The notes below the pieces were generated by a model. The model had not been told where the DNA came from. It worked only from the letters and a program-made list of their open reading frames with translations, and did no database searches. The position numbers and the translations under genes are program-made. Positions 37,057 to 47,043 of a DNA stretch of 64,000 bases are shown piece by piece. Source of the stretch: Candidatus Sigynarchaeum calidifontis. Its GTDB lineage: Archaea; Asgardarchaeota; Lokiarchaeia; Sigyniarchaeales; Sigyniarchaeaceae. Numbering within the stretch: the stretch's first letter is position 1; every line of letters begins with the position of its first letter. The DNA lies in the NCBI GenBank assembly GCA_030587475.2, contig JAUQYZ020000078.1, positions 1-64,000 on the forward strand, written 5' to 3'.

Positions 37057-38706
37057 ATGTCTTCTGACAAGCCCGCGCCCAGGGATTACCCGACCAAGGA
37101 GGATCCGGTCACCACGGCCGCTGGCCTCAAGCTGGTCGTGGTTCCCCGGCAATCGCCGGCGCTGGACATCCCTGGGCACGGCTGGGGCACGGCATTTGGC
37201 AAGGTCTTTGATTTTCTCGGGAACAACGCCATGGCGCCCGCGGGCATCATCAAGGGGCCGTGGCTCCGGCCGGGCCCGGCGTGGAAGGGCACGTGGCTCC
37301 TTGAAGATGCATTCATCTCACGGGTCTGGTCGCTGTGCAACCTGGACTTCACGAGAGACGTGCTCGACACTTGCTTGCAATACCAGGTCACGACCACCCC
37401 CGAAGACGACACGAGCTTCGGGCGGATCCCGCACTCGATCACCCCCAACGGGATCGGCCCGTGGGCGGCGCCTCCGCTTTTGGACTACGCGTACTGGGAA
37501 CTCTTCAAGAAAAACGGCTCCGTCGCCATGATCCAAGACGTGTTCACCCGCCTCTTCGATTACCATCTCTGGCTCAATTACAACCGTGACACGAACAAGG
37601 ATGGCCTCTATTCCTGGACCCATCCCTCCGAGTCAGGCCTCGAGAACGCCCCCCGCTTCGACAAGGTTCCCGCCAAGGATTGCGACGCGGTGGACCTGTC
37701 ATGCCTCGTGTCCGTCCAGCTGCGCTCGCTCATCAACATGGCCGCTGTGCTCAAGGAGGACACGGTCAAGGAAAACCTCGAGGCGCGCAAGCGGGAGCTG
37801 GACGGCTGGATCAACGACGACCTCTGGGATCCTTCGACTGGCTTCTATTATGACAAGGCTATCGCCGGCCCGCAAAAAGGACAATTCGTAGGGCCGCGGT
37901 CTATCGTCGGCTGGTACCCTCTGTTCGCGGGCATCGTCCCAAAGGACAGGCTCGGGCAGTACCTCAGGCATCTATCGAGCCGCGACGAGTTCTGGACGAC
38001 ATTCCCCGTGCCTTCGGTTGCACAGGATGACCCGGCGTTCGACAAGACCATGAACATGTGGCGCGGCGCCACGTGGGTCGTGGGCAATTACATGATCATC
38101 AAGGGCATAAAGGGGTATGGATTCCGGCAGCTTCCCGGGGAGCTCGCGTACATCACGGCGTTTCACGTGTTCGAGACCTTCAAGAAAAAAAACAATTTCT
38201 TCGAGTATTACAATTCCATAGGCTCGAACGATAACATCGAGCTGCTCACCCGCAAGAACGAGAAGACAGGGCCGCGCGCGTCGTGTGTAGGCAGCACGGG
38301 GCTCGTCGCCAACATCTTGCTCGAGGATATGCTCGGCATCGAGCCACAACATGATTCTATCTTGCTCCAGCCGAGCGTGCCCGACAAGTTCATCGCGAAG
38401 CTCGGCGGCAACCCGGTCACCGGGTCGCTTCCCGGCATCATCGGCTGGAAACAAGAGCGTCCCATCAACTTCAAGATGACCTTCAATAAAGGCGGCATGA
38501 TCGAGTATGAATTCACGCTAGCGAACCCGATGGACATCTATGTGGTTGAATTTTCCTCCAAAGAGAAAATATTTTCGGGTGAAAACGTTGGCATCGTCCA
38601 GGTCGAGATGAACAACAACAAGGATATTATCTCGATCTTTTCCAATCCGGATAGCAAGTCTATCAAGGATGAATTCCTCAATAAGGACGGCAAGACTTCT
38701 AATTGA
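37057..38706 (+). CDS. GH63/MGH1-like glycoside hydrolase (paralog of 3647..5131)
   Basis: GRIPH, APPL, ESGLENAPRF, MWRGATW, FFEYYN. Confidence 0.8.
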   Translation: MSSDKPAPRDYPTKEDPVTTAAGLKLVVVPRQSPALDIPGHGWGTAFGKVFDFLGNNAMAPAGIIKGPWLRPGPAWKGTWLLEDAFISRVWSLCNLDFTRDVLDTCLQYQVTTTPEDDTSFGRIPHSITPNGIGPWAAPPLLDYAYWELFKKNGSVAMIQDVFTRLFDYHLWLNYNRDTNKDGLYSWTHPSESGLENAPRFDKVPAKDCDAVDLSCLVSVQLRSLINMAAVLKEDTVKENLEARKRELDGWINDDLWDPSTGFYYDKAIAGPQKGQFVGPRSIVGWYPLFAGIVPKDRLGQYLRHLSSRDEFWTTFPVPSVAQDDPAFDKTMNMWRGATWVVGNYMIIKGIKGYGFRQLPGELAYITAFHVFETFKKKNNFFEYYNSIGSNDNIELLTRKNEKTGPRASCVGSTGLVANILLEDMLGIEPQHDSILLQPSVPDKFIAKLGGNPVTGSLPGIIGWKQERPINFKMTFNKGGMIEYEFTLANPMDIYVVEFSSKEKIFSGENVGIVQVEMNNNKDIISIFSNPDSKSIKDEFLNKDGKTSN

Positions 38707-38743
38707 AAGGGATGTTGGAGCAAGAAAGAATTTTTTCCCGCTT

Positions 38744-40276
38744 TCAGAACCAGGCCGCGAGCGGTTCCCTTGCCACGTATACCATGTGCCGGATGGCCGC
38801 GAGGCCTTGCATGTACGTGGTGCTCAGCGACGTGTGGTAGGGCGGCCGCGTGGGCATCGCCCGGACCAAGTCAGACAGCGACCGGGCCACGACGTGCGAT
38901 GCCAAGGTCACGTTCTCGTGGTACCGGTACAGCTGGAACCATGCTTGCCTGAGCACGAGGTAATAATTCCCATCGCCCGTTTCCCCGTTGATCATGTCCG
39001 AGAACGTGTTCGTGTGGTTCACGTACCCGGGTGGCTTGAGATTATTATCGAGTTCCAATTGCGCCGTCTGGGATGGCCTTCCCCGGTAAACGAAATCGAT
39101 GAACGTGTGCGAGAGCCGCCGCATGTCGGTCGCCGTGAACACGATGCCCCGCTCGTGGCAGTCGACGGCGAACTCGACCTCGATGCAGCCGTGGCTCGTG
39201 TCCTCGTTATTCCCGTTCCAATCGTAACCCCACGTGTACATCTCCCGCGTCTCGCCGTCCATCGTGTATGTCCGCAGCGTTAGGTATTTCTGAAAGAACC
39301 TTGCCATCTTCGTGGCCATGGCGAGGTACGTCGCGTTCCCGGTAAAATCATAAGATTGCAAGGTCATGAGGCCGAAAGCGGCGATGCGATTGAATATCGC
39401 GGTGGTGTTCTGCGGCGGGCTCACGTAATATCCGCTGCCATCGCCCGGCTCGTGCCAGTGGGTCTTGTTCCACTTCTGGATGACTTGCTCGCAAACAGAG
39501 ATGTAGTCCAAGGCCTTCGCCTGCAGCGAAAGGTTCGCCCAGAGCGTTACATCCCGCTTGATGATGTTGGCGATCTGCGCGAGCGGCATGAGGACGATGC
39601 CGTCCCAAACGATGTACTCGACGTACACGCCGTCCGTGTAGGTATCGGTGCCATAACCTGGCACGCCGTCGCCATTCCGGTCCCGGTTGGCGTAGATGGA
39701 GTCCGTCCGGTTTAGAAGTGGCCACAAATATTTTTCGTCCCTGGTCGCGTTGTACATGTGCACGAAACCCCGGCACACGTAGGATTCTCCCCACGCGTAG
39801 CCATCTGGAGTCGTGGGATTGCCGGATGGCCAGATAGACGCGTATAACGTCTCGAGCGTCTGGTTGAGGTCGCCATACTGCGTCGAGAACGTGAACGAGG
39901 GGTCGTACTGGATGGCGAACTGGCGCGGGTAGAGCTTGTAAGGTTTCGGGACCAGCCGGTCCCACGCGTACCAGCCGATGCCCGCCGCGGAACCCGCGAT
40001 GAGGACGATGCCGGTCAAGAACAGCGCGATCGCCTTCCCGCGCGGCATCTCTTTCCGGCGGTGGTTGATGATGCCCGTCGCGATGCACGTGGCCGCGAGA
40101 CCATACAACACGACCGCCCCGATGACGAAATAGTACCAGTATTCGACCAGCTCGTCCTCGTCCCAGAGAAAGAGAATGGCCGTCGTGACGAGCGCGAGCA
40201 ACATGCCGAAGACGAGGTAGAAGATCGCGCCGGACCTTCGCAAGAAATCTCGCCGGGCTCGATGAGTTTCATTCAC
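38744..40276 (-). CDS. Membrane-anchored (3 TM) six-hairpin (alpha/alpha)6 glycosidase-like protein
   Basis: 3 N-terminal TM, MYNATRDEKYL / YDFTGNATYL hairpin repeats, DRNGDG loop, EDTSH. Confidence 0.55.
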   Translation of the reverse strand: MNETHRARRDFLRRSGAIFYLVFGMLLALVTTAILFLWDEDELVEYWYYFVIGAVVLYGLAATCIATGIINHRRKEMPRGKAIALFLTGIVLIAGSAAGIGWYAWDRLVPKPYKLYPRQFAIQYDPSFTFSTQYGDLNQTLETLYASIWPSGNPTTPDGYAWGESYVCRGFVHMYNATRDEKYLWPLLNRTDSIYANRDRNGDGVPGYGTDTYTDGVYVEYIVWDGIVLMPLAQIANIIKRDVTLWANLSLQAKALDYISVCEQVIQKWNKTHWHEPGDGSGYYVSPPQNTTAIFNRIAAFGLMTLQSYDFTGNATYLAMATKMARFFQKYLTLRTYTMDGETREMYTWGYDWNGNNEDTSHGCIEVEFAVDCHERGIVFTATDMRRLSHTFIDFVYRGRPSQTAQLELDNNLKPPGYVNHTNTFSDMINGETGDGNYYLVLRQAWFQLYRYHENVTLASHVVARSLSDLVRAMPTRPPYHTSLSTTYMQGLAAIRHMVYVAREPLAAWF

Positions 40277-40293
40277 GTCATTTCACGGATTCA

Positions 40294-41499
40294 TTAATCG
40301 TGTCGATGGTCTTGAAGCGATCGGTACCAATGCGCCCCTCTTGCTAGATACGCGCGGAGGATCGATAAACCCCCTTCAATCGCCGTGACCGAAGCCACGA
40401 CGATGTATATCCATTCCGAAAAGGCCGCGAGGTCCGGTAGCTTGATCGGGATGAACGCGATATAAGCGGCGACGAGCCAACCGACGAGCAGCAGCACGCC
40501 GGTCGTGCCCCGCGCGCCGGCGGGGAACAGCTCGGAAACGACGTGCCACGCGGGAAGCACGAGCGGGATGCCGAGCACGATAACGGGGAAGGTGATGAGG
40601 GTACCCGTGGAAGCCATGTAAAATAGAAGTGCCAAGCCAGCCCCGCCACACGCGATAGCGGCGATGCTTCCCCACACGGGCCATTTTCTCGTAACGATCG
40701 CGACGAGGGCTGCGATCGCCGCCCCGGCGATCACGTTGCTGAACAGCAAGGAGCCGTTGACGGGATCGACGGGGATTTTCAAGTGCCCGAAAAAGACGAG
40801 CATGGCAAGGAGCCCGATCCCGGCGGAGAGGAACCAGGAGATCGTTCCCGTGATGGCCATGGCGACATGCCGCCCCGGCAGCACGGGCAACGGCGAGGGC
40901 TTCATGCCAAGCCATGGCAACAACGTGCCGGCTCCCTTCCCGGCCAAGACGATCAGCCCAGTTGCCGACGCCGCGAGCGACAGCATGAGGCCCGTGGTCG
41001 ACGGGACGAGAAGGGTCGTGAAAAAATGGATACCCGTCCCGAGCGCGAGCCCAGCGGGGAAGATCACGTTACCTTCCCAATTGCCAGAGCGGGAGCACAC
41101 CTCGAGCATGCCGCCGCAAAGCAGGATTGCCAGGCATGCGATGGCCGCGTAGTTCAGTGCCATTGGCTGGGTCTCGACACCGAGAAACCCGACCAGGGGG
41201 ATGGTCTGGTTCGCATACTCCATGACAGGGTACTGCACGAGGGTGAGGAACCCCACGACCGCCATACTCGCGGCGCTCGCAACCGTGACCCAGAACGTCT
41301 TTCCCCGGGTTGTCGTTAGTACCAAGATGCCCGCGAACACCGCCACGCCCAGGAGCACGAAGTCGAAGGCCGTCGCGTTCTCGAAATAACCTCGCGTTCT
41401 CGTGAACAAGTGGAACGGGGCGACCAGGCCAGCATCGAGCCCGCAAGCGACCAACAAGACGCGGAGCGGAAAGCCCGGCCCGTCTTGTCTTGCGGTCAC
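40294..41499 (-). CDS. 12-TM membrane protein (6+6, permease-like)
   Basis: Twelve hydrophobic segments around a central Pro-rich loop; GTG start overlaps the upstream TGA. Confidence 0.7.
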   Translation of the reverse strand: MTARQDGPGFPLRVLLVACGLDAGLVAPFHLFTRTRGYFENATAFDFVLLGVAVFAGILVLTTTRGKTFWVTVASAASMAVVGFLTLVQYPVMEYANQTIPLVGFLGVETQPMALNYAAIACLAILLCGGMLEVCSRSGNWEGNVIFPAGLALGTGIHFFTTLLVPSTTGLMLSLAASATGLIVLAGKGAGTLLPWLGMKPSPLPVLPGRHVAMAITGTISWFLSAGIGLLAMLVFFGHLKIPVDPVNGSLLFSNVIAGAAIAALVAIVTRKWPVWGSIAAIACGGAGLALLFYMASTGTLITFPVIVLGIPLVLPAWHVVSELFPAGARGTTGVLLLVGWLVAAYIAFIPIKLPDLAAFSEWIYIVVASVTAIEGGLSILRAYLARGAHWYRSLQDHRHD

Positions 41500-43058
41500 G
41501 GCACACCACCTCTTGCTCGTTTATTCGATATCGTGGCGAGTAAACCGGTACGCTTGAACAAGAACAAGAGCCCGAGCATCAATGCTGCTGGCATGCCTAC
41601 AAGCAGCAATATCATCCCTGGGGTATGGGTGAACTCGACAAAAACGGCGAGTGGTTGATCTATGGCCGCCGGGTTCGTGTAATTGAGCTCGAGCAGCACG
41701 GGCGTGAAACCGATATCGATCGAGTACCGTGCAACGCCGGTCGTGGTTCGAGAGCCATTCGCGAAGTAATCGTAATTCGTGGCGTGGAAGGGAACGAGAG
41801 CCCCCGCGCTGGAAACCGGAGAAACCAGCGAGATCGTGGCGGACGTTGCGGTGTTCTGCGACCAGAGCACGAGGACGGTCGTTTTGCGAGCAGTGAAGAA
41901 GTAGGTCGCCCACACCTTGCCACCCGCGGGCGCGCGGACAGCCACCCCGCCGGGGAAACACGTGCCGTTCTGGATGAGATGGCTCAAACGCCAGTATGCA
42001 AAACCTGCTGGCTTGAGACCATAGGTATACGTCGTTTTATTGGTGCATTCCATCAAGCCAAATCGTCCCTCGCCTTCCGTGTCGTTCACGTCGCACCAGT
42101 CATTCTGGCAATACCAGAAAACGCTGCTAATGTTTGCCGGGATCGCCTCGGCGTACACCTTCAACACCTGGGTTGCCTGGTATCGATTATTCTCGGCGAC
42201 GAGGGTCGTGCCGATCTGCGCGTTGGTCGCGACCGCCGTGGACATGCCGATTTCCGTGATCCACACGGGCTTGTCTTCCATGCCGTGTGCGGTCATCCAT
42301 TCGTGCACGTCGGCCATCTTCTGGACCAGGCTTTCGGCATTCCTGCCCGAGTACGCGTGGTATGCGATGATATCATACGTGTCACTGAAGTTCTGCAGCC
42401 CATAATAGGCGACCATCTTGTCGAGGTACTCGATCTCGGGGCCGACGATGCCGGGCGAGAGGATGATCGCTGAGGGATCGTTTATTCGCACGATGGACGC
42501 GAGTTTCTGCGAAAACTCGAAAAAGTCGTTGTCCGACCCGATCCAGAAGCCGATGTTCGGCTCGTTCCAGATCTCGTAGTATTTCAGCGTACCCGCGTAC
42601 CTCGTGACGAAAGCTTTCGTAAAGTTGTAGTAGTATGGCCAATCCTCCCTCGGTAAAGCTTTGTTGTTGGGCCACCAGCCCCATCCATAAACAAAGCAAC
42701 CGAGCGACTCGATGCCCCGGCTCGTGAGGTTCCCGAACAAGTTATCGTAATACTGGAAGTTGTAAATGCCCGCGGTCTTGCCGTAATACCTAGCGCACTC
42801 GAACCACTCGATGTTGTTTCGTAATATCCGCGTCCCTAACAATCTCGTGTTGTTCGCGTGGTATTCCCATTGTGCCGGCGCATGGCTGATGCACATCTGG
42901 TCGACGACGGGGATCGCCGACGCCGGCTCCAGGGTAACCGGGCCAGTGACGTCGGCCGGAACGAGGGCATACACCGGTAAACCGACGCCCACCACGATCG
43001 TGGCGATGATCAAGCCGAACTCAAGACTTCGCTTTGAATCATGATCTCCAACGGCCAT
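41496..43058 (-). CDS. Clan GH-A (GH39/GH5-like) glycoside hydrolase anchored at both termini
   Basis: YEIWNEPN (acid/base), AYHAY, PVWITEIG (nucleophile); N- and C-terminal TM helices. Confidence 0.85.
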   Translation of the reverse strand: MAVGDHDSKRSLEFGLIIATIVVGVGLPVYALVPADVTGPVTLEPASAIPVVDQMCISHAPAQWEYHANNTRLLGTRILRNNIEWFECARYYGKTAGIYNFQYYDNLFGNLTSRGIESLGCFVYGWGWWPNNKALPREDWPYYYNFTKAFVTRYAGTLKYYEIWNEPNIGFWIGSDNDFFEFSQKLASIVRINDPSAIILSPGIVGPEIEYLDKMVAYYGLQNFSDTYDIIAYHAYSGRNAESLVQKMADVHEWMTAHGMEDKPVWITEIGMSTAVATNAQIGTTLVAENNRYQATQVLKVYAEAIPANISSVFWYCQNDWCDVNDTEGEGRFGLMECTNKTTYTYGLKPAGFAYWRLSHLIQNGTCFPGGVAVRAPAGGKVWATYFFTARKTTVLVLWSQNTATSATISLVSPVSSAGALVPFHATNYDYFANGSRTTTGVARYSIDIGFTPVLLELNYTNPAAIDQPLAVFVEFTHTPGMILLLVGMPAALMLGLLFLFKRTGLLATISNKRARGGVP

Positions 43059-43059
43059 G

Positions 43060-44256
43060 TCATTCCCTCAAGTAATGCGCTACCTTCTCGACGCCGCGGA
43101 TGTATTGGTCGACGAGCTCGCCTTTCTCGTCCCACGGGAAGTTCGGGAACGAAACGAGACTGGAAACCAGGTTCTCCGTGAATTGCAATGCATTCGGGTT
43201 GTACCCGCGTTCCGTGAAGTAGGCTTGCTTGTGCAGCAGCTCGTACCGGCTTTGACCCACGCGGAGCCCTTCGGTGACAAGCATTTGCACGAGCTCGCCC
43301 CGCTGGATGATGCCCGGCCCGTCGTCGTACACGACCTGGTTCATGAAATAGCCCCGCTTCACGTGTTTCGGGATCTCGGGCAAGAAGAAGCCCGTGCCCT
43401 CGATGTCCTTGATGCCTTTCCGAAACCTCTCGCAATTCCTCGTGATGCGGCCGTTAACCTCGGGAAACTTCTTGAGCTGGCAGAGGGCGATGGCCGCATG
43501 CAGCGGTGATAGCCGGTGCTTCAAGCCTAGTCCCGTCTTCTTGTATTTCTTGTACACGTCGCGCTCGAGGTCGTTCAACCGCTCGTAATGCCCGAGGGCC
43601 ACCGACTTCTCGTAAATCTCGACGTCGTTGGTCACGAGCACCCCTGCCTCGCCTCCCGGCATTATCTTGGATCCTTGCAGCGAGAACGCCGCGCACTTCC
43701 CGAACGTGCCCACCTTCTTTCCCTTGTACTGGGCGCCGTGCGCGTGGGACGCGTCCTCGATGACAGCGATGCCGTGCTTCTCTGCGATCTCCATGATGGG
43801 ATCCATGTCGCACGGGTACCCGTAGAGGTGAACGGGAACGATAGCCTTGGTCTTGGGTGTAACCTTTTTCCTGACATCATCGGGGTCGATACCGAGCGAT
43901 GCCTTCTCGGACTCGCAGAAGACGATCCTCGCGCCGAGGAACGCGGCGGGCATGACCGATGCCCAGTAGGTGTTGGTCGGGGCAATGACCTCATCGCCTG
44001 GTTTTATATCGATGGCAAAGAAGGCGGACAACAAGCACGCGGTGCCGTTTACCTGCGGGAGCGCGTACCTGGTGCCGGTGAACCTCGCGAACTCCTTCGC
44101 GAACTCGTCAACTACGCTCGATGTCGAGATATCTCCCTTGCGGAGCAGCGCGAGGACGGCTTCCTCCTCCTCCTTTCCCATGACCGGCCATTTCAGCAAC
44201 TTGTCCTGGTCCAGCGTGATGGCCTTCGGGCCACCGTCGATCGCGAGTTTATCCAT
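43060..44256 (-). CDS. DegT/DnrJ/EryC1/StrS PLP-dependent aminotransferase
   Basis: NGT, PGDEVI, VHLYG, EDASHAHGA, FSLQGSK, GEAG. Confidence 0.93.
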   Translation of the reverse strand: MDKLAIDGGPKAITLDQDKLLKWPVMGKEEEEAVLALLRKGDISTSSVVDEFAKEFARFTGTRYALPQVNGTACLLSAFFAIDIKPGDEVIAPTNTYWASVMPAAFLGARIVFCESEKASLGIDPDDVRKKVTPKTKAIVPVHLYGYPCDMDPIMEIAEKHGIAVIEDASHAHGAQYKGKKVGTFGKCAAFSLQGSKIMPGGEAGVLVTNDVEIYEKSVALGHYERLNDLERDVYKKYKKTGLGLKHRLSPLHAAIALCQLKKFPEVNGRITRNCERFRKGIKDIEGTGFFLPEIPKHVKRGYFMNQVVYDDGPGIIQRGELVQMLVTEGLRVGQSRYELLHKQAYFTERGYNPNALQFTENLVSSLVSFPNFPWDEKGELVDQYIRGVEKVAHYLRE

Positions 44257-44269
44257 TCGTTAATGCCTC

Positions 44270-45181
44270 TTATTTCTTTTCGATGGCTGGTAATGACGCG
44301 GTAGGCGGGGATGCCGAGAGAACGCGGTTCAAGCCCGCTGCGGACGAAAAACACAAGACGATGATGCCAACGATGTTAAGCACGAACGCGAGCAATTGGA
44401 ACAGTCCAAGTGGCAACCGATAAACGACAGCATCGTTGATAAAGGGTATGATAATGAGGAAGGAGCTCATGGCCGGTACTACCAGGCTGGCATTTCCGCC
44501 CTTCTTAAATGCATATTGGGTAACCCAAAACGCGCACTGGCCGAGTAAAATACTCACGAGAAGCCACGCATTGAATACCGTTCCGGCGATGTCGTGTTTT
44601 CCTGTTGAAACGGAGAACGCGGTGGCCACGGCAGCGAACCCGTTGAAGAGTCCGGCTAGTGAACCAAACACGATGCCGTAGGCACTCCTCGTCTTCAAAG
44701 AATAGATCACGACCGCCGCGGAAATCGCGGCAGCGATTATCGCATAAACGGCGAAATCAGGAGTTGGCAATGGTTCCGAAATATCCGGATAGTCGATGCC
44801 TAGTAAGGCCGTACCGACGATGATGATTGCGATCCCGACGACCTGGAGGAGCGTGATCTTCTCCTTGATGATCCGTGCGGCGAAAAGGACGACCGAGATG
44901 ATGCCGATCCCGCTTAAAGCAACGAAAATCGAGGACTGCTTGAGAAATATCTGTGCAACCACCGACAACACGGCCGCGATTGCGGTCAATAGCGTGCCGA
45001 TGAGCCAGATGATTATTTTCCGCCTATCCTCGGGATTTTCTTTCCACTTTTTAAGGATATCCTTCCCCAACGTTTCGGCACCGATGCGCTGCACCCCTTT
45101 TCCGAGATTAAGGCAAATAGACGTCACTATGGAGAGAAATATGCCCAGAAAGAGGTTGGGTTCGAGCACGATCTGGTTCAT
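44270..45181 (-). CDS. DMT-superfamily transporter, NIPA-like
   Basis: ~9 TM; LGIFLSIVTSICLNLG..VQR.G, WLIG, KEKIT, QYAFK.GNAS.VVP. Confidence 0.7.
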   Translation of the reverse strand: MNQIVLEPNLFLGIFLSIVTSICLNLGKGVQRIGAETLGKDILKKWKENPEDRRKIIIWLIGTLLTAIAAVLSVVAQIFLKQSSIFVALSGIGIISVVLFAARIIKEKITLLQVVGIAIIIVGTALLGIDYPDISEPLPTPDFAVYAIIAAAISAAVVIYSLKTRSAYGIVFGSLAGLFNGFAAVATAFSVSTGKHDIAGTVFNAWLLVSILLGQCAFWVTQYAFKKGGNASLVVPAMSSFLIIIPFINDAVVYRLPLGLFQLLAFVLNIVGIIVLCFSSAAGLNRVLSASPPTASLPAIEKK

Positions 45182-45198
45182 GGTTTAAGGTCATCTCG

Positions 45199-46929
45199 CT
45201 AACCATTTAACCTTGCATCCCAGAACCGGGCGACCTCGTCATCGGGGATGTCCCATGTTCGATTCGTTGGTACGAGACACTCTTTTTTAAAGAATTCTGG
45301 TAGCGAATCATCTTTCTTCATGAAACCTGCTTTCTTGTTGAAATCGAGTTCCTTCTTGAGCATCTCCTTTGCCTTCCGCAAGAGATCGTCCTGGGTCATC
45401 GACGTGCCATAGCGCGCGTTGATGAGCCTGGCTGCACGATCGAGTGTCGTGAAGCTCGGGCCGACGAAATAACAAAGACCGAGCATGTCGCACCCTCCAA
45501 TGAGTACCTGGAGCTCGAACGACAAGTCCAACTTCCCTTTACTGTCGAAAACGTCGCCATAATCTTTTTTCGGGTCGTATCCAGGCCGCTTGTAAATAGC
45601 CGCTCCTGCTGTGTGGTCCGCACCCATGGGGCTCGTGCAGAACGTGGCACCCATGCCCTTGTACGTCCGCGGGTCGTAGGCCGATATGCCTTGCTTCTTA
45701 ACCGTCGGCAATCGCTGGACCCCAAGCTGCGTTCCGACCCGGTGCGCGCCCTTCCCGAAAAATTTACCCTTGTCCGTGGCATTCTTGATCTCCCCGAGCA
45801 CCTCGAACACTGCCCTGGCATCACCGAACTCGTATTTGCCCGCCTCCATGAGCACGCCCATCATGTTGCCAAACTCGATAGTATCGATGCCGATATCGTC
45901 GCATTCGTGATCGATTCTCGCGATCGTGTCGATGTCGTCGATCAGCAAGTTCGAACCGTTCATGGCGATGGTTTCGTATTCCAGGGATGACGTCGCGTGC
46001 CTTCCATCGGGGCCAATGACTAGGTTCGAGCACTGGATCGCGCAGCCAGGCATGCAAGGGATCCCGAACCGCCCCTTGCGCTGGACGATGAGCTCGTGGA
46101 GATGGTCACCGCCGATCTTCTCGGCGCCCGAGAACGTGCCCTCGCGAAAGTTTTTCGTCGGCAAGCCTTGCAGCATCTGGCTGATGCCCACGGTCATCGC
46201 GGTGCCGAGCTTGCTGAACCCCGCGCGGCTGACCTTGAGTTCCTTCGCCCATGGCGTCGCGATGGACTTGAACGCCGGGGCATCCACGTAAGAGATATTC
46301 ACCCCTTTCTTCGGCTCGATGACGATCGCCTTGATGCCCTTGCTGCCCATGACCGCGCCAGGCCCGCCGCGCGCCGCGTGGCGCGTCGGGTAGTTCTGCA
46401 AATCTTGCACGGCGATCGAGGCCATGAGCAGCTGGTTCGCGCCAGCCTGGCCTATCGAGATGACCGATGCAGAGCTCCCGAACCGTTTCACCAGTTTCTC
46501 GCAGATATCATAGTTCCCGGTCGTCCTCGGCTCATCGGCCGGCTCCCACGCGATCGAGCCATCGCTCTTGATGATAAGATAGTGGAAGGTGCCATCGGTC
46601 GGGCAGTTCTCCAGGACGATGGCGCGGATGTCGTGCATGCCGAGCGCAAACCCAGCCTTCCCACCGACGTTTGCTTCCTTAATCCCTCCCGTGAGCGGGC
46701 TCTTGCAGCCAGCGGAAAGGCGTGAGAAGTTGGGCGCGGGCGTCGCGGCAAGAATCCCTGTCGCCAGCACGAGTTTGTTTTCCGGACCTAAAGGATCGGC
46801 TTCCGGATTGACTTCCTTTGCAATGATAGTTGACGTGAATTCCCGGCCGCCAAAAAACGCGAGCTCTGGAGGTAATTCTTCGATAATAGCGTCTCGGGTC
46901 TTCGTGTTCACGCGGATGATTTTTGCCAA
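45199..46929 (-). CDS. aor: Aldehyde:ferredoxin oxidoreductase (tungsten-dependent AOR family)
   Basis: DPLGPEN, KSPLTGGIKEAN.GG, AARGGPGAVMGSK, CxxxCxxxC, EYET, DTIE. Confidence 0.92.
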   Translation of the reverse strand: MAKIIRVNTKTRDAIIEELPPELAFFGGREFTSTIIAKEVNPEADPLGPENKLVLATGILAATPAPNFSRLSAGCKSPLTGGIKEANVGGKAGFALGMHDIRAIVLENCPTDGTFHYLIIKSDGSIAWEPADEPRTTGNYDICEKLVKRFGSSASVISIGQAGANQLLMASIAVQDLQNYPTRHAARGGPGAVMGSKGIKAIVIEPKKGVNISYVDAPAFKSIATPWAKELKVSRAGFSKLGTAMTVGISQMLQGLPTKNFREGTFSGAEKIGGDHLHELIVQRKGRFGIPCMPGCAIQCSNLVIGPDGRHATSSLEYETIAMNGSNLLIDDIDTIARIDHECDDIGIDTIEFGNMMGVLMEAGKYEFGDARAVFEVLGEIKNATDKGKFFGKGAHRVGTQLGVQRLPTVKKQGISAYDPRTYKGMGATFCTSPMGADHTAGAAIYKRPGYDPKKDYGDVFDSKGKLDLSFELQVLIGGCDMLGLCYFVGPSFTTLDRAARLINARYGTSMTQDDLLRKAKEMLKKELDFNKKAGFMKKDDSLPEFFKKECLVPTNRTWDIPDDEVARFWDARLNG

Positions 46930-47043
46930 TGGATCAGGCCTCTGGTATGATGTCGATCAATTATTATAGCTGATGGCTGAGGTACTATTAAACGGCGGAA
47001 CCATAAAGAGGTTCTTGCTTATCACTGAAAGATCGATGATATT

